Positions 9,391 to 21,543 of a DNA stretch of 64,000 bases are shown here, piece by piece (position 1 is the stretch's first letter; each line of letters begins with the position of its first letter). The notes beneath the pieces were generated by a model. That model saw only the letters and a list, made by a program, of their open reading frames with translations, had not been told where the DNA came from and did no database searches. The position numbers and the translations under genes are program-made. The stretch spans positions 3,638 to 67,637 of the forward strand of contig JAJYLW010000008.1 of the NCBI GenBank assembly GCA_021787475.1. Reading direction: 5' to 3'. The stretch comes from Actinomycetes bacterium. GTDB taxonomy: Bacteria; Actinomycetota; Thermoleophilia; BMS3ABIN01.

Positions 9391-9759
9391 TTATAATACC
9401 TCCGGCGCCAGCGAGACGATTTTCATGAAGTTCTTGTCCCTCAGCTCCCGGGCCACGGGGCCGAAAATGCGAGTTCCCCGCGGATTCCGGGCCGCATCGA
9501 TCAGGACAGCCGCGTTCTCGTCAAACGCGATGTAGGTGCCATCCCGGCGCACCAGCTCCTTCTTTGTCCGGACCACAACCGCCCGTACGACTTCGCCCTT
9601 TTTGACGGCGCCGCCGGGGGTAGCGACTTTCACCGTCCCCACGATCGTGTCGCCAATGCGGGCATACCGCCGCCTCGAGCCGCCCATGATGCGGATGCAA
9701 AGCAGCTCGCGGGCGCCTGTATTGTCCGCCACTTTCAACCTTGTCTCGACCTGGATCAC
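9391..9759 (-). CDS. rplN: 50S ribosomal protein L14
   Basis: 122 aa. [24 protein letters not shown]... is canonical L14. Confidence 0.95.
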   Translation of the reverse strand: MIQVETRLKVADNTGARELLCIRIMGGSRRRYARIGDTIVGTVKVATPGGAVKKGEVVRAVVVRTKKELVRRDGTYIAFDENAAVLIDAARNPRGTRIFGPVARELRDKNFMKIVSLAPEVL

Positions 9760-9881
9760 AACAAACCGTTGCTTTCTGGAAATCGTTGCTAAATAACAGG
9801 TTATTGCTCTTTTGACGTTTTCGTTTAACGTTAACGTTTCATGTTTAACGTCTGTGAGTAGTCCCGTGCAACGTTAAACGT

Positions 9882-10142
9882 TCACTTGGCCTTCTCCAGA
9901 ATCTCTGCCAGCCGCCAGCGCTTGTTTTTTGATAGCGGCCTTGTCTCGATTACGCGCACCATATCACCGGCGTGCGCCTCGTTTTTTTCATCGTGGGCGG
10001 CCAGCTTCCTGGACTTGATCATTGTCTTGCCGTAGAGCCGGTGCGGCTTTCTGGTATCGATGCGGACAACGATCGTCTTATCCATTTTGTCGCTGACCAC
10101 AACGCCGCGGCGCTCCTTGCCTGTCTTTGCCTCTTCTCCCAC
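9882..10142 (-). CDS. rpsQ: 30S ribosomal protein S17
   Basis: 86 aa. ...[29 protein letters not shown].... Confidence 0.95.
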   Translation of the reverse strand: MGEEAKTGKERRGVVVSDKMDKTIVVRIDTRKPHRLYGKTMIKSRKLAAHDEKNEAHAGDMVRVIETRPLSKNKRWRLAEILEKAK

Positions 10143-10361
10143 TTACGCCTCCTGTTCGGCTTCCAGATATTCCCGCTCCCGCTGCACGGTCAGAATGCGG
10201 GCAATATCCTGCCGCACCAGTTGCAGCTTGTGCGGATTGTCAAGCTGCCCCGTGGCGTGCTGGAACCTCAGGTTGAAGAGCTGCTTGCGGGTTTCGCGCA
10301 AACGGTCGTCCAGCTCCTCGTCGGTCATCTCGCGAAGCTCATTGGCCTTCAAAAATATCAC
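10143..10361 (-). CDS. rpmC: 50S ribosomal protein L29
   Basis: 72 aa. ...[32 protein letters not shown].... Confidence 0.95.
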   Translation of the reverse strand: MIFLKANELREMTDEELDDRLRETRKQLFNLRFQHATGQLDNPHKLQLVRQDIARILTVQREREYLEAEQEA

Positions 10362-10767
10362 CCTGACGCATTACGAATTTGCACTTGACCGGCAGCTTGT
10401 GGGACGCCAGCCTGATGGCTTCCCGGGCTACAGTCGGCGCCACGCCGGCAAGCTCAAACATTACCTTCCCCGGCTTAACCACAGCCACCCATTGCTCGGG
10501 CGAGCCCTTGCCGCCGCCCATCCTTGTCTCCGCCGGCTTCTCCGTGACCGGCTTCTGCGGAAAGATGTTAATCCAGACTTTGCCGCCGCGCTTGATATGG
10601 CGGGTCATGGCAATCCGGGCCGCTTCGATCTGCCTGTTTGTGATCCAGGCCGGCTCCAGCGCCTTGAGCCCGTATTCACCGTGTTCAATGCGGTTGCCGC
10701 CCTTCGACTTGCCCGGCATCCGGCCCCGGTGCTGTTTGCGATATTTTGTTTTTTTTGGCAGCAACAT
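10339..10767 (-). CDS. rplP: 50S ribosomal protein L16
   Basis: 142 aa. [24 protein letters not shown].... Confidence 0.95.
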   Translation of the reverse strand: MLLPKKTKYRKQHRGRMPGKSKGGNRIEHGEYGLKALEPAWITNRQIEAARIAMTRHIKRGGKVWINIFPQKPVTEKPAETRMGGGKGSPEQWVAVVKPGKVMFELAGVAPTVAREAIRLASHKLPVKCKFVMRQGDIFEGQ

Positions 10768-10822
10768 CTGAGTTCAAAATTCCAAGCTCAAAGCTCTGGG
10801 ATCCGGGTTCAAAGTTGACAAG

Positions 10823-11518
10823 CTACTTGCGTCTTTGCGCATCTACCTCGCCCAGGCGGCGGTCGTTCTTCTTTGCCTCCGTGTCATAGCCGGCAGGCAT
10901 GATTTCGCCCTTGTTAATCCAGACCTTGACGCCAATGCGGCCAAAAGTTGTCCTGGCTTCAGTGAAGCCGTAATCGATGTCGGCTCTGAGCGTGTGCAGC
11001 GGCACCCGCCCCTCGCTGTACCCTTCAGTGCGGGCCATCTCGGCGCCGCCCAGGCGCCCGGCGCAAGCCACCTTGATGCCTTCGGCGCCCGACCTGATTG
11101 CCGAGGTGATCGCCCGCTTCATGGCGCGGCGGAAAGCCACCCTGCCTTCAAGCTGCTCGGCAATCGACTGGGCCACCAGGTTGGCGTCCAGCTCCGGCCG
11201 CTTGACCTCAATAATATTCGCCAGCACAGCCTTGCCGGTAACGGCATGGATCTCCTTGCGCAGCGCATCCACTTCGGCGCCGCTCTTGCCGATAACGATG
11301 CCCGGCCGGGCGGTATGAATGTCAATGGTTATCTTTTGCGCATCCTTCTTGATATGGATGTCGGACAGCGCCGCGTGGCGAAGCTTCTGGCGAATATGCT
11401 TGCGAATCAGCAGATCCTCAATCAAAAAATTGGCAAAATCTTTCTCGGTGTACCAGTGGGATTTCCAGTCATGGATAATCCCCAGCCTCAAGCCGCCGGG
11501 ATGAACTTTCTGGCCCAC
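10823..11518 (-). CDS. rpsC: 30S ribosomal protein S3
   Basis: 231 aa. [23 protein letters not shown]... has the KH and S3-C domains. Confidence 0.95.
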   Translation of the reverse strand: MGQKVHPGGLRLGIIHDWKSHWYTEKDFANFLIEDLLIRKHIRQKLRHAALSDIHIKKDAQKITIDIHTARPGIVIGKSGAEVDALRKEIHAVTGKAVLANIIEVKRPELDANLVAQSIAEQLEGRVAFRRAMKRAITSAIRSGAEGIKVACAGRLGGAEMARTEGYSEGRVPLHTLRADIDYGFTEARTTFGRIGVKVWINKGEIMPAGYDTEAKKNDRRLGEVDAQRRK

Positions 11519-11911
11519 TTATCCCTCCTTTCCGGGAGCCAACGTCACGGTTACATGACTGGAGCGCTTGCGGATCTGGCCAGCGCGGCCCATCGCCCGC
11601 GGCCGGTAGCGCTTCAGCGTCGGCCCTTCGTTAACGAAAATGCTGCTGATAAAAAGATTATCTCTGCTCATATCATGGTTGTTCTCGGCGTTGGCCACGG
11701 CGGAGGCAATCACTTTGCCTATCACCCTTGCCGCCGCCCTGGTGGAGAAAGCCAGGGCCGCCTGAGCATCGGCGATCTGTTTGCCGCGCACCGTATCGGC
11801 CACGAGCCGCATCTTGCGCGCCGATATCCGCACGTATTTCGCCGTGGCCGTGACCGGCTGCCCCTCTTCCGGCTCTTCTTTATCTTCCTTTTTCTTTTTC
11901 TTTTCTGCCAT
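11519..11911 (-). CDS. rplV: 50S ribosomal protein L22
   Basis: L22 core with a Lys/Glu-rich N-terminus ([18 protein letters not shown]...). Start at the ATG at 11911. Confidence 0.9.
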   Translation of the reverse strand: MAEKKKKKEDKEEPEEGQPVTATAKYVRISARKMRLVADTVRGKQIADAQAALAFSTRAAARVIGKVIASAVANAENNHDMSRDNLFISSIFVNEGPTLKRYRPRAMGRAGQIRKRSSHVTVTLAPGKEG

Positions 11912-11995
11912 GATAAATGTCATTCTGAGGAGCGAGGCGACAAAGAATCGTTATCGTAGATCCTTCGCTTCGTTCAGGATGACAGGCTTCGCCTG

Positions 11996-12280
11996 TCATT
12001 TCAGGGCCGCGCTTCTTTCCGTGTGGTGGCCATGGCCGCGGAAGGTGCGTGTGGGCGCAAACTCGCCCAGCTTGTGGCCGACCATGCTCTCCGTGATAAA
12101 AACAGGCACGTGTTTGCGGCCGTCATGGACCGCGATGGTATGTCCCACCATCTCCGGGAAAATGGTGGATGCTCGCGACCACGTCTTCAGCAGTTGCTTC
12201 TTGCCTGACTCGTTCATTTTCTCAATGCGGGCCAGCAACTTTTCGTCCACGAACGGCCCTTTTTTAATCGATCTGCTCAA
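11996..12280 (-). CDS. rpsS: 30S ribosomal protein S19
   Basis: 94 aa. [23 protein letters not shown].... Confidence 0.95.
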   Translation of the reverse strand: MSRSIKKGPFVDEKLLARIEKMNESGKKQLLKTWSRASTIFPEMVGHTIAVHDGRKHVPVFITESMVGHKLGEFAPTRTFRGHGHHTERSAALK

Positions 12281-12292
12281 ATGCGATTCCTC

Positions 12293-13132
12293 CTACCTGC
12301 GTCCCCGGCGGCGGGAGCGGACGATATAACGGTCGCTGTCCTTGCCCTTCTTGCGCGTGCGATAGCCAATAGTCGGCACTCCCCAGGGCGTCACCGGATG
12401 ACGGCCGGCCGTGGTCTTGCCTTCGCCGCCGCCATGAGGATGATCCACTGGATTCATGGCGGTGCCGCGCACGTGCGGCCGGCGTCCCCGCCAGCGGGTC
12501 CGTCCCGCCTTGCCGCCGCTTAGGTTTTCATGCGTGACGTTGCCGACCTCGCCGATCGTGGCGCGGCACTGGGCAGGCAGAAGGCGCATCTCCCCCGAGG
12601 GGAGCCGCACCGTCGCCATCTCTCCCTCCTTGGCCATCAGCTGGGCCGATGTGCCGGCGCCGCGCACCATCTGGGCGCCGCGGCCCGGTTTCATTTCTAT
12701 GCAGTGAACGGTTATGCCCACTGGAATGCTCGCCAGCGGCAGGCTGTTCCCCACGCGGATGTCAGCCGCCGGCCCAGAAACCACCCGGGCGCCAACGGCA
12801 AGCCCGATCGGGGCGGGAATGTACCTTTTTTCGCCATCCAGATAATGAAGCAGGGCAATCCTGGCAGAGCGGTTGGGATCATATTCAATCGACGCAACCT
12901 GTGCCGGAACGCCATCCTTGAGCCTCCTGAAATCGATTTCCCGGTAGCGGCGCTTATGGCCGCCGCCGGTGTGCCGTTTCGTGATCCGCCCGTAAGAGTT
13001 CCGCCCTCCCTTTTTGGGAATTCCGCTGGTGAGGCTCTTTTCCGGACTCGACCGGGTAATCTCCTTAAAGGTAGAGCCGGTCATAAACCGCCGCCCCGGC
13101 GATGTTGGCTTGTATGTTTTTACCTGCGCCAT
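12293..13132 (-). CDS. rplB: 50S ribosomal protein L2
   Basis: 279 aa. ...[22 protein letters not shown]...[12 protein letters not shown].... Confidence 0.95.
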   Translation of the reverse strand: MAQVKTYKPTSPGRRFMTGSTFKEITRSSPEKSLTSGIPKKGGRNSYGRITKRHTGGGHKRRYREIDFRRLKDGVPAQVASIEYDPNRSARIALLHYLDGEKRYIPAPIGLAVGARVVSGPAADIRVGNSLPLASIPVGITVHCIEMKPGRGAQMVRGAGTSAQLMAKEGEMATVRLPSGEMRLLPAQCRATIGEVGNVTHENLSGGKAGRTRWRGRRPHVRGTAMNPVDHPHGGGEGKTTAGRHPVTPWGVPTIGYRTRKKGKDSDRYIVRSRRRGRR

Positions 13133-13173
13133 AAAAATTAGTTCCGAGTTTCGAGTTTCAGCATCCGGTTTTT

Positions 13174-13461
13174 TTACATCGACTCAAAGAATTCGATCTT
13201 TTGTCCCTCCGATAATTCTACGATCGCTTTTTTCCCGGAACTGGTGCGGCCGTGCACCAGTCCCCGGCGTTTCGGCTTTGACCTGGTCCGGATTACGTTG
13301 ACGCCGACGACATTGACGCTAAATATATCCTCGATCGCCCTGGCCACCTGCGGCTTGCGCGCCCGCGCGTCAACCCTGAACGTGTATTTGTTATGCTCTA
13401 TCAACTGGTAGCTTTTCTCCGAGATGACCGGCCCCAGCACGATTGCGTGCGGATCTCTCAT
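13174..13461 (-). CDS. rplW: 50S ribosomal protein L23
   Basis: 95 aa. [20 protein letters not shown]...VNVIRTR.... Confidence 0.95.
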   Translation of the reverse strand: MRDPHAIVLGPVISEKSYQLIEHNKYTFRVDARARKPQVARAIEDIFSVNVVGVNVIRTRSKPKRRGLVHGRTSSGKKAIVELSEGQKIEFFESM

Positions 13462-14468
13462 TTGGCGCCCGCCATCTGGTTGAGTTGACCTACTGCTCCT
13501 TTTGTAACTACGACGGTCCGCACGGCCATGATGTCGCTCACCAGCAAATCGCTGGTGTCCGTAACGCCCACTCGCGGCAGATTGCGAAACGAGAGAGCCG
13601 TATTTTCTTCCCAGTTCGACACCAGCACCAGCAACGGGTAACTGACTTTAAGCCCGGCCAGAACCGCGGCGGCCGCCGCCGTCTTGGGCTCCTCAAATGC
13701 CAGCCCGTCAACCACCTTAAGACCGCCTTCACGGGCGCGGGCGCTGAGCGCCATTTTCATTGCCTTACCGCGCAGCTTGCGGTTTATCTTGAAACCGTAA
13801 TCTCGTGGAGCCGGGCCGAAAGTAGCGCCGCCTCCCGTCCAATGCGGAGCCCGGCTGGAACCGGCCCGGGCGCGTCCGGTGCCTTTCTGCCGCCAGGGCT
13901 TCCTGCCACCCCCGCGTACCTCGGCCCTTGTTTTTGAAGCGGCAGTTCCCCGGCGCATGGCGGCAAACTCGGCTCTGACAACTTCATGCAAAATGCCAAC
14001 GTTCGGCTTTATCTCAAAAACTTCCGGGTTCAGCGCCGCTTCCTCGCCCGTCAGCGCTTTCACCTGGGGCACTTTTAACTCCGGCTTGGCCGGAGCTGCT
14101 TTCTTTCTTCTCCGCGTTTTCTTGGGGGCAGCCTGTTTGCGCGCGGCCGGTTTTTTCTCAGGCCCGGCTTCTTCCACATTTTCAGCCTTGGCCGCCGGCT
14201 TTTTCCCCGCCGGCCCCGGCTTGGCGATATGCGCTTCAGCCTCAGCCTCCTCTTCAACTGCCTGCTGCGCCTCAACCTCTTCCCCCGCTTCGCTCCCGCC
14301 GGCTTTTCCGGGCTCTGCCGCTTCCGCAGATTCCTCTGCTTCCGGCGCCTTCGCCTCTGCTTCCCCGGCCACAGACCCACCCGCCGGCACGCCGGCATCG
14401 TCAACGCCAGACTTTTCCGGCTCTTCCGCTTCGTGCTTTTCTGTTTTTTCTTCGTTGTCAACCATCAA
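13458..14468 (-). CDS. rplD: 50S ribosomal protein L4 with a ~130-aa Glu/Ala/Lys-rich N-terminal extension
   Basis: The C-terminal ~205 aa are canonical L4 (...KTRAEVRGGGRKPWRQKGTGRARAGS...). The N-terminal 130 aa are low-complexity E/A/K/P. They are in frame with no stop and leave only a 47-nt gap to rplC. The shorter alternative would leave a ~430-nt unexplained gap. Confidence 0.85.
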   Translation of the reverse strand: MMVDNEEKTEKHEAEEPEKSGVDDAGVPAGGSVAGEAEAKAPEAEESAEAAEPGKAGGSEAGEEVEAQQAVEEEAEAEAHIAKPGPAGKKPAAKAENVEEAGPEKKPAARKQAAPKKTRRRKKAAPAKPELKVPQVKALTGEEAALNPEVFEIKPNVGILHEVVRAEFAAMRRGTAASKTRAEVRGGGRKPWRQKGTGRARAGSSRAPHWTGGGATFGPAPRDYGFKINRKLRGKAMKMALSARAREGGLKVVDGLAFEEPKTAAAAAVLAGLKVSYPLLVLVSNWEENTALSFRNLPRVGVTDTSDLLVSDIMAVRTVVVTKGAVGQLNQMAGAK

Positions 14469-14515
14469 ATATAGTTCCGGGTTCTGAGTTCCAAATTAAA
14501 AACCGACCAACAAAA

Positions 14516-15334
14516 TCAATAAGTCTGAATGAAGACCAGGCCGTTGCTGGCGCCAGGGATTGCGCCTCTTACCATGAGCAGATTCTGCTCAATTTCAGCA
14601 GCCACGACCTCGAGGCCCGTCTGCGTTGACCGTTTGTTTCCCATCTGGCCGGGCAGCCGCAGCCCCTTGAAAACCCGCGCCGGATACGCGGCCGCCCCCA
14701 CCGAGCCCGGCGCACGGTGGAAATGAGCGCCGTGCGAAGCGGGGCCGCCGGCAAAACCGTGCCGCTTGACTGACCCGGCAAACCCCTTACCCTTGGAAAT
14801 GCCGGTCACTTTAACTCTGGCACCAACCGGGAAAGCCGCAACGGTAACCTGGTCGCCTGGATGCGGCGCCCGCTCAACTGCCTCCAGCGGCGCGGCCGCC
14901 TCCGGTTCTTCCGCGGCGGCTTCCCCAGCCGCCTCAGCGCCGCTCTCTGCTTCCTCAGCCTGAGCCCCTTCCTCGCCCGTTTTTTCCTTGGTTTTCGCTT
15001 TTGTTTTAGCTTGCCTGCCCTTCGGCTTCTTCTCCTCCGCGGAAGCCGCTCTTACCCACGAAGAAGCCTCGTCGAGATTGCAGCGAACCTCAGCCAGATA
15101 ACGTTTGGGGCCGGCGCCGGCTTTCTTGAAGTGCCCCGCCATTGGTTTGTTCAACCGCCGCTCCTTGACATCGCCAAAACCGATCTGGAGGGCGTTGTAA
15201 CCATCCCTGTTCTTCGTCTTCACCTGTGTGACCGTGCACGGTCCCGCCTGGATCACTGTGACCGGGATGCGGTCGCCGGCGTCCGTAAAAATCTGCGACA
15301 TGCCCAGTTTTTTCCCCAGGATGGCTGCCATCAC
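14516..15334 (-). CDS. rplC: 50S ribosomal protein L3 with a ~60-aa internal Glu/Ala/Lys-rich insertion
   Basis: L3 core [15 protein letters not shown]...[19 protein letters not shown]...QMGNKRST.... A low-complexity insert ([51 protein letters not shown]) interrupts it. Confidence 0.9.
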   Translation of the reverse strand: MMAAILGKKLGMSQIFTDAGDRIPVTVIQAGPCTVTQVKTKNRDGYNALQIGFGDVKERRLNKPMAGHFKKAGAGPKRYLAEVRCNLDEASSWVRAASAEEKKPKGRQAKTKAKTKEKTGEEGAQAEEAESGAEAAGEAAAEEPEAAAPLEAVERAPHPGDQVTVAAFPVGARVKVTGISKGKGFAGSVKRHGFAGGPASHGAHFHRAPGSVGAAAYPARVFKGLRLPGQMGNKRSTQTGLEVVAAEIEQNLLMVRGAIPGASNGLVFIQTY

Positions 15335-15639
15335 AATTTAATCTCTATGTCAACACCGGCCGGAACGTCAAGCCGCATCAGCGAATCGACCGTCTTGGGC
15401 GTCGGCTGGTGGATGTCTATCAGTCGTTTGTGGGTCCGCATTTCGAAATGCTCTCGCGAATCCTTGTCCTTGAACGGGCTTCTAATGACGCAGTAAACGT
15501 TCTTCTCCGTCGGCAGCGGCACCGGCCCCACCACGGTAGCGCCCGTGCGCTGCGCCTGCTCTACGATTAACCGCGCGCTGCGATCGATCAATTCATGATC
15601 GTAAGCCTTCAGCCTGATTCTTATTTTTTGCTGTGCCAT
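15331..15639 (-). CDS. rpsJ: 30S ribosomal protein S10
   Basis: [21 protein letters not shown]... is S10. Start at the ATG at 15639. 4-nt ATGA overlap with rplC. Confidence 0.9.
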   Translation of the reverse strand: MAQQKIRIRLKAYDHELIDRSARLIVEQAQRTGATVVGPVPLPTEKNVYCVIRSPFKDKDSREHFEMRTHKRLIDIHQPTPKTVDSLMRLDVPAGVDIEIKL

Positions 15640-15730
15640 TGCTTGTTTCCGTTTCACGTTTAACATTTAGGATGAAAGGGGCTCACATTAAATCAAACAT
15701 TTAACGTTAAAACGAAACCCGTTCCATCAA

Positions 15731-15760
15731 AAAGCCCGTTTTGGCAACGGGCCTTTTTTT
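15731..15760 (-). terminator. rho-independent terminator after tuf
   Basis: Minus strand reads GCCCGTTGCCAAAACGGGC followed by TTTTTGATGG. It starts immediately after the tuf stop. It is flanked by A/T runs on both sides, so it could act on either strand. Confidence 0.7.
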
Positions 15761-15761
15761 G

Positions 15762-16967
<1,206 letters not shown>

Positions 16968-17035
16968 TCTTTGCTCCTTTCATCTCCTAAATCCGAGCAA
17001 TACATTAAAATGCCGTTTGCTGCCGTCGGAAAACT

Positions 17036-19120
<2,085 letters not shown>

Positions 19121-19233
19121 GTCGCCGCTCTTGCTGCTCTTGTTTGCTGTTGTTGACTGTGTCGTCATTTACTTATCTAAACCTTTAACAATTCCTTGTC
19201 TCCTGAGATTTTCAACATCCCTTCATACTGGAC

Positions 19234-19704
19234 CTACCAGCGGTAATGAGCAAAAGCCCTGTTGGCCTGGGCCATCCGGTAAAGGTCATCCTTCTTCTTC
19301 CAGGCTCCGCCCTGGCTCGTCAGCGCATCGAGGCACTCGCCGGCCAAACGCTCGGTCATGGTCTTCTCCCGCCGGTCGCGGGCGTAGCCAACCATCCAGC
19401 GCACGGCCAGCGTCCGCGCCCGGCGCGCCGGGACTTCCACCGGTACCTGGTAAGTGGCGCCGCCAACGCGGCGGGAGCGCACTTCCAGGCGGGGCGTGAC
19501 CGCATCCACCGCCTGCTTGAGAACAACTACCGGGTCGTCGCCCTTCTTCTGACCAAGAATATCCAGCGCCCCATAAGTTATCTTTTCCGCCACGGACTTC
19601 TTCCCGCCCAGCATAATCTTGTTGACAAACTGGGTAACCAGCTTGCTGCTGTAGATCGGGTCGGGAACGACCTCGCGCTTCTGGGCTGCGGCCCGCCTCG
19701 GCAT
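19234..19704 (-). CDS. rpsG: 30S ribosomal protein S7
   Basis: 156 aa. [41 protein letters not shown].... Confidence 0.95.
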   Translation of the reverse strand: MPRRAAAQKREVVPDPIYSSKLVTQFVNKIMLGGKKSVAEKITYGALDILGQKKGDDPVVVLKQAVDAVTPRLEVRSRRVGGATYQVPVEVPARRARTLAVRWMVGYARDRREKTMTERLAGECLDALTSQGGAWKKKDDLYRMAQANRAFAHYRW

Positions 19705-20073
19705 TTAGGGCACCTTCACTCCATATTTGGACCGGCCCTGCCTGCGGCCGGATACCCCGGCTGCATCCAGTGCCGCCCTGACAACCTTGTAGCGCACGCC
19801 CGGCAAATCCTTGACCCGGCCGCCCTTTACCAGAACCACCGAATGCTCCTGGAGATTATGACCAATGCCGGGAATGTAAGCAGTTACCTCAATGCCGGTA
19901 GTAAGGCGCACGCGGGCGACCTTCCGCAGGGCGGAATTGGGCTTTTTCGGCGTCGTCGTATAGACGCGTGTGCAAACGCCGCGCCGCTGCGGGCTGCCCT
20001 TGAGCGCCGGGGTGGTCACCTTGGCCGCGGGTTTCAGGCGGCCCTTCCTTACAAGCTGGTTTACAGTTGGCAT
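19705..20073 (-). CDS. rpsL: 30S ribosomal protein S12
   Basis: 122 aa. [57 protein letters not shown].... Confidence 0.95.
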   Translation of the reverse strand: MPTVNQLVRKGRLKPAAKVTTPALKGSPQRRGVCTRVYTTTPKKPNSALRKVARVRLTTGIEVTAYIPGIGHNLQEHSVVLVKGGRVKDLPGVRYKVVRAALDAAGVSGRRQGRSKYGVKVP

Positions 20074-20559
20074 AAAACCCTTTTGTTTCCAGTTTCCTGT
20101 TTCCGGTATCTGCTTGAATTTGGCCTGTGACTGCTGGCTTGGGACATTGGTGAATATCCGACTTTTTGCACACCAACAAACGGCAGACTATATTACCTCC
20201 GGAAAAATGAAAATTTCCGGAGTAGCCTGCAGCCCTGTGATGTTACCCAATTCTTGACAGACTTAAGCGCCCACTTTAGGGCGCGCAAACCGAGAGTATA
20301 GCAAGGAGGCTGGCGGGAGTCAAATAAAAAAACCGCCAGGTGGCCCCGCCCGGATTCAGCGGATAAGGCCGCCGATTTGGCGGCCTTTTAGAGTTCATTT
20401 CCTATATTCCGTTTTCGAGTCCACCCTTCCCGATGCATTCAAGCCGGGACCGGCTACTCCCTAATCTGCTATCACCTTATTGCCCCTGCACCTTGTTAAA
20501 GTACCTGTTCCAGGTGACCCGCTGGGAGGCCTTGGCCTCTCCAGACTTCTTCCGGGGTA

Positions 20560-20592
20560 CGAAAAAGGCGGCCCCGCCGTCAGGCGGGGCCG
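20560..20592 (-). terminator. rho-independent terminator downstream of the lipoprotein gene
   Basis: Minus strand: GGCCCCGCC-TGAC-GGCGGGGCC followed by GCCTTTTTCG. Confidence 0.6.
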
Positions 20593-20678
20593 GATGTCCT
20601 TCATGTATCTAAAAATCCCGGCGTGAAGGCCACTCATCTCGTCCTTCGGCGGGATCAGACATCGCCCTCATCGCCAGA

Positions 20679-21284
20679 TTACACGCTGGGATCAGCCCAC
20701 CAGTACGAGGCCACGTGAGGAGCGTTCTTTTCACTCAGCGAAGCCCAGTCTATCCTGGTAGCATCTGCCTTCGTGATCATGATTTTGACGGCAAGCCTGT
20801 TTTTGTCCTGGAGCGTCGTTCCATAGAGGCTGATCTGCACGCGCGAGATGCCCGTGTATTCATTGAAGAGAACGCTGGTCACTTTTTGGGCGGCCTCGAC
20901 GCCGTCGCCGGGGAGCTGCCGCGCTTCGCATTGTAAAAGCAGGCCGACATCAGCGCACGGTAGCCGGTTAAGATAAATGTCAACAAATGTGCCGTCAGCC
21001 GCGGGGGTAAGGACCACTTTCCGGGTGAGCGGCTCGCCGGGAAAGCCTGTCCGTCCCAACTGGCGGTCAATTACGTTTTGAACGGCCGCTTTTGTCACTG
21101 GCCCCAGTTTGGTGGTAAGCGCGGCTGTCCTCTGCGCCTGGCTTTCTGTGGACGCGCCGGGAGTCGATCCGTCACAGCCCGACGCCAAAATAATGGTCAG
21201 CAACAAAAGGCACGCCGCCGGTAACAACAACAGAAACCGCCGGTCGTTTCGCAATCGCTTTCTTGTTGAACAGGGGAAACGCAT
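20679..21284 (-). CDS. hypothetical lipoprotein, located between rpoC and rpsL
   Basis: 201 aa. N-terminal signal peptide with lipobox LLTIILASGC. No recognisable catalytic motif. Confidence 0.6.
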   Translation of the reverse strand: MRFPCSTRKRLRNDRRFLLLLPAACLLLLTIILASGCDGSTPGASTESQAQRTAALTTKLGPVTKAAVQNVIDRQLGRTGFPGEPLTRKVVLTPAADGTFVDIYLNRLPCADVGLLLQCEARQLPGDGVEAAQKVTSVLFNEYTGISRVQISLYGTTLQDKNRLAVKIMITKADATRIDWASLSEKNAPHVASYWWADPSV

Positions 21285-21480
21285 ATGTTTATCGGGTGTT
21301 CTTCGGGCCAGAATGCATTGAATTTATTTCTGCGGGACTCTCAGTATATCACAGCCATGTTTACCTATAAATTCCCGCGACAAATGCTTCGACATTCCGC
21401 CTGTACTCGGGAACGTACTCCAGGGCTGACTTGACCGCTTCATAAACCAGCGCGGGATCAATTTCATCCGCGAGAAAAAT

Positions 21481-21520
21481 GGAAAAAAGAGGGCGCGGCG
21501 TGCCAAAGCACGCCGCGCCC
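21481..21520 (-). terminator. rho-independent terminator after rpoC
   Basis: Perfect 13-bp stem GGGCGCGGCGTGC-CAAA-GCACGCCGCGCCC. It is followed on the minus strand by CTCTTTTTTCCATTTTTC and sits directly after the rpoC stop. Confidence 0.75.
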
Positions 21521-21543
21521 CCTCAAACATCCATCAACAGACG

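Noticed and set aside
10835-11959. Long plus-strand ORFs (374 aa here; also 15741..16868 at 375 aa, 23140..24186 at 348 aa, 25909..27492 at 527 aa, 5373..6065, 8547..9362, 10060..10818) antisense to r-protein, tuf, rpoB and rpoC genes
   Set aside because: These are shadow ORFs typical of high-GC DNA. They lie opposite unmistakable conserved genes. Their products are low-complexity and Arg/Ala/Pro-rich with no recognisable domains.
14075-14461. 128-aa extremely Arg/Lys-rich ORF in an alternate frame inside the rplD 5' extension
   Set aside because: It is a frame-shifted reading of the GAA/GCC-rich low-complexity DNA. No independent start signal. It overlaps the L4 reading frame entirely.
21324-21530. 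68-aa minus-strand ORF between rpoC and the lipoprotein gene
   Set aside because: It overlaps the strong rpoC terminator hairpin and its U-tract. Arg-rich junk composition. No SD.
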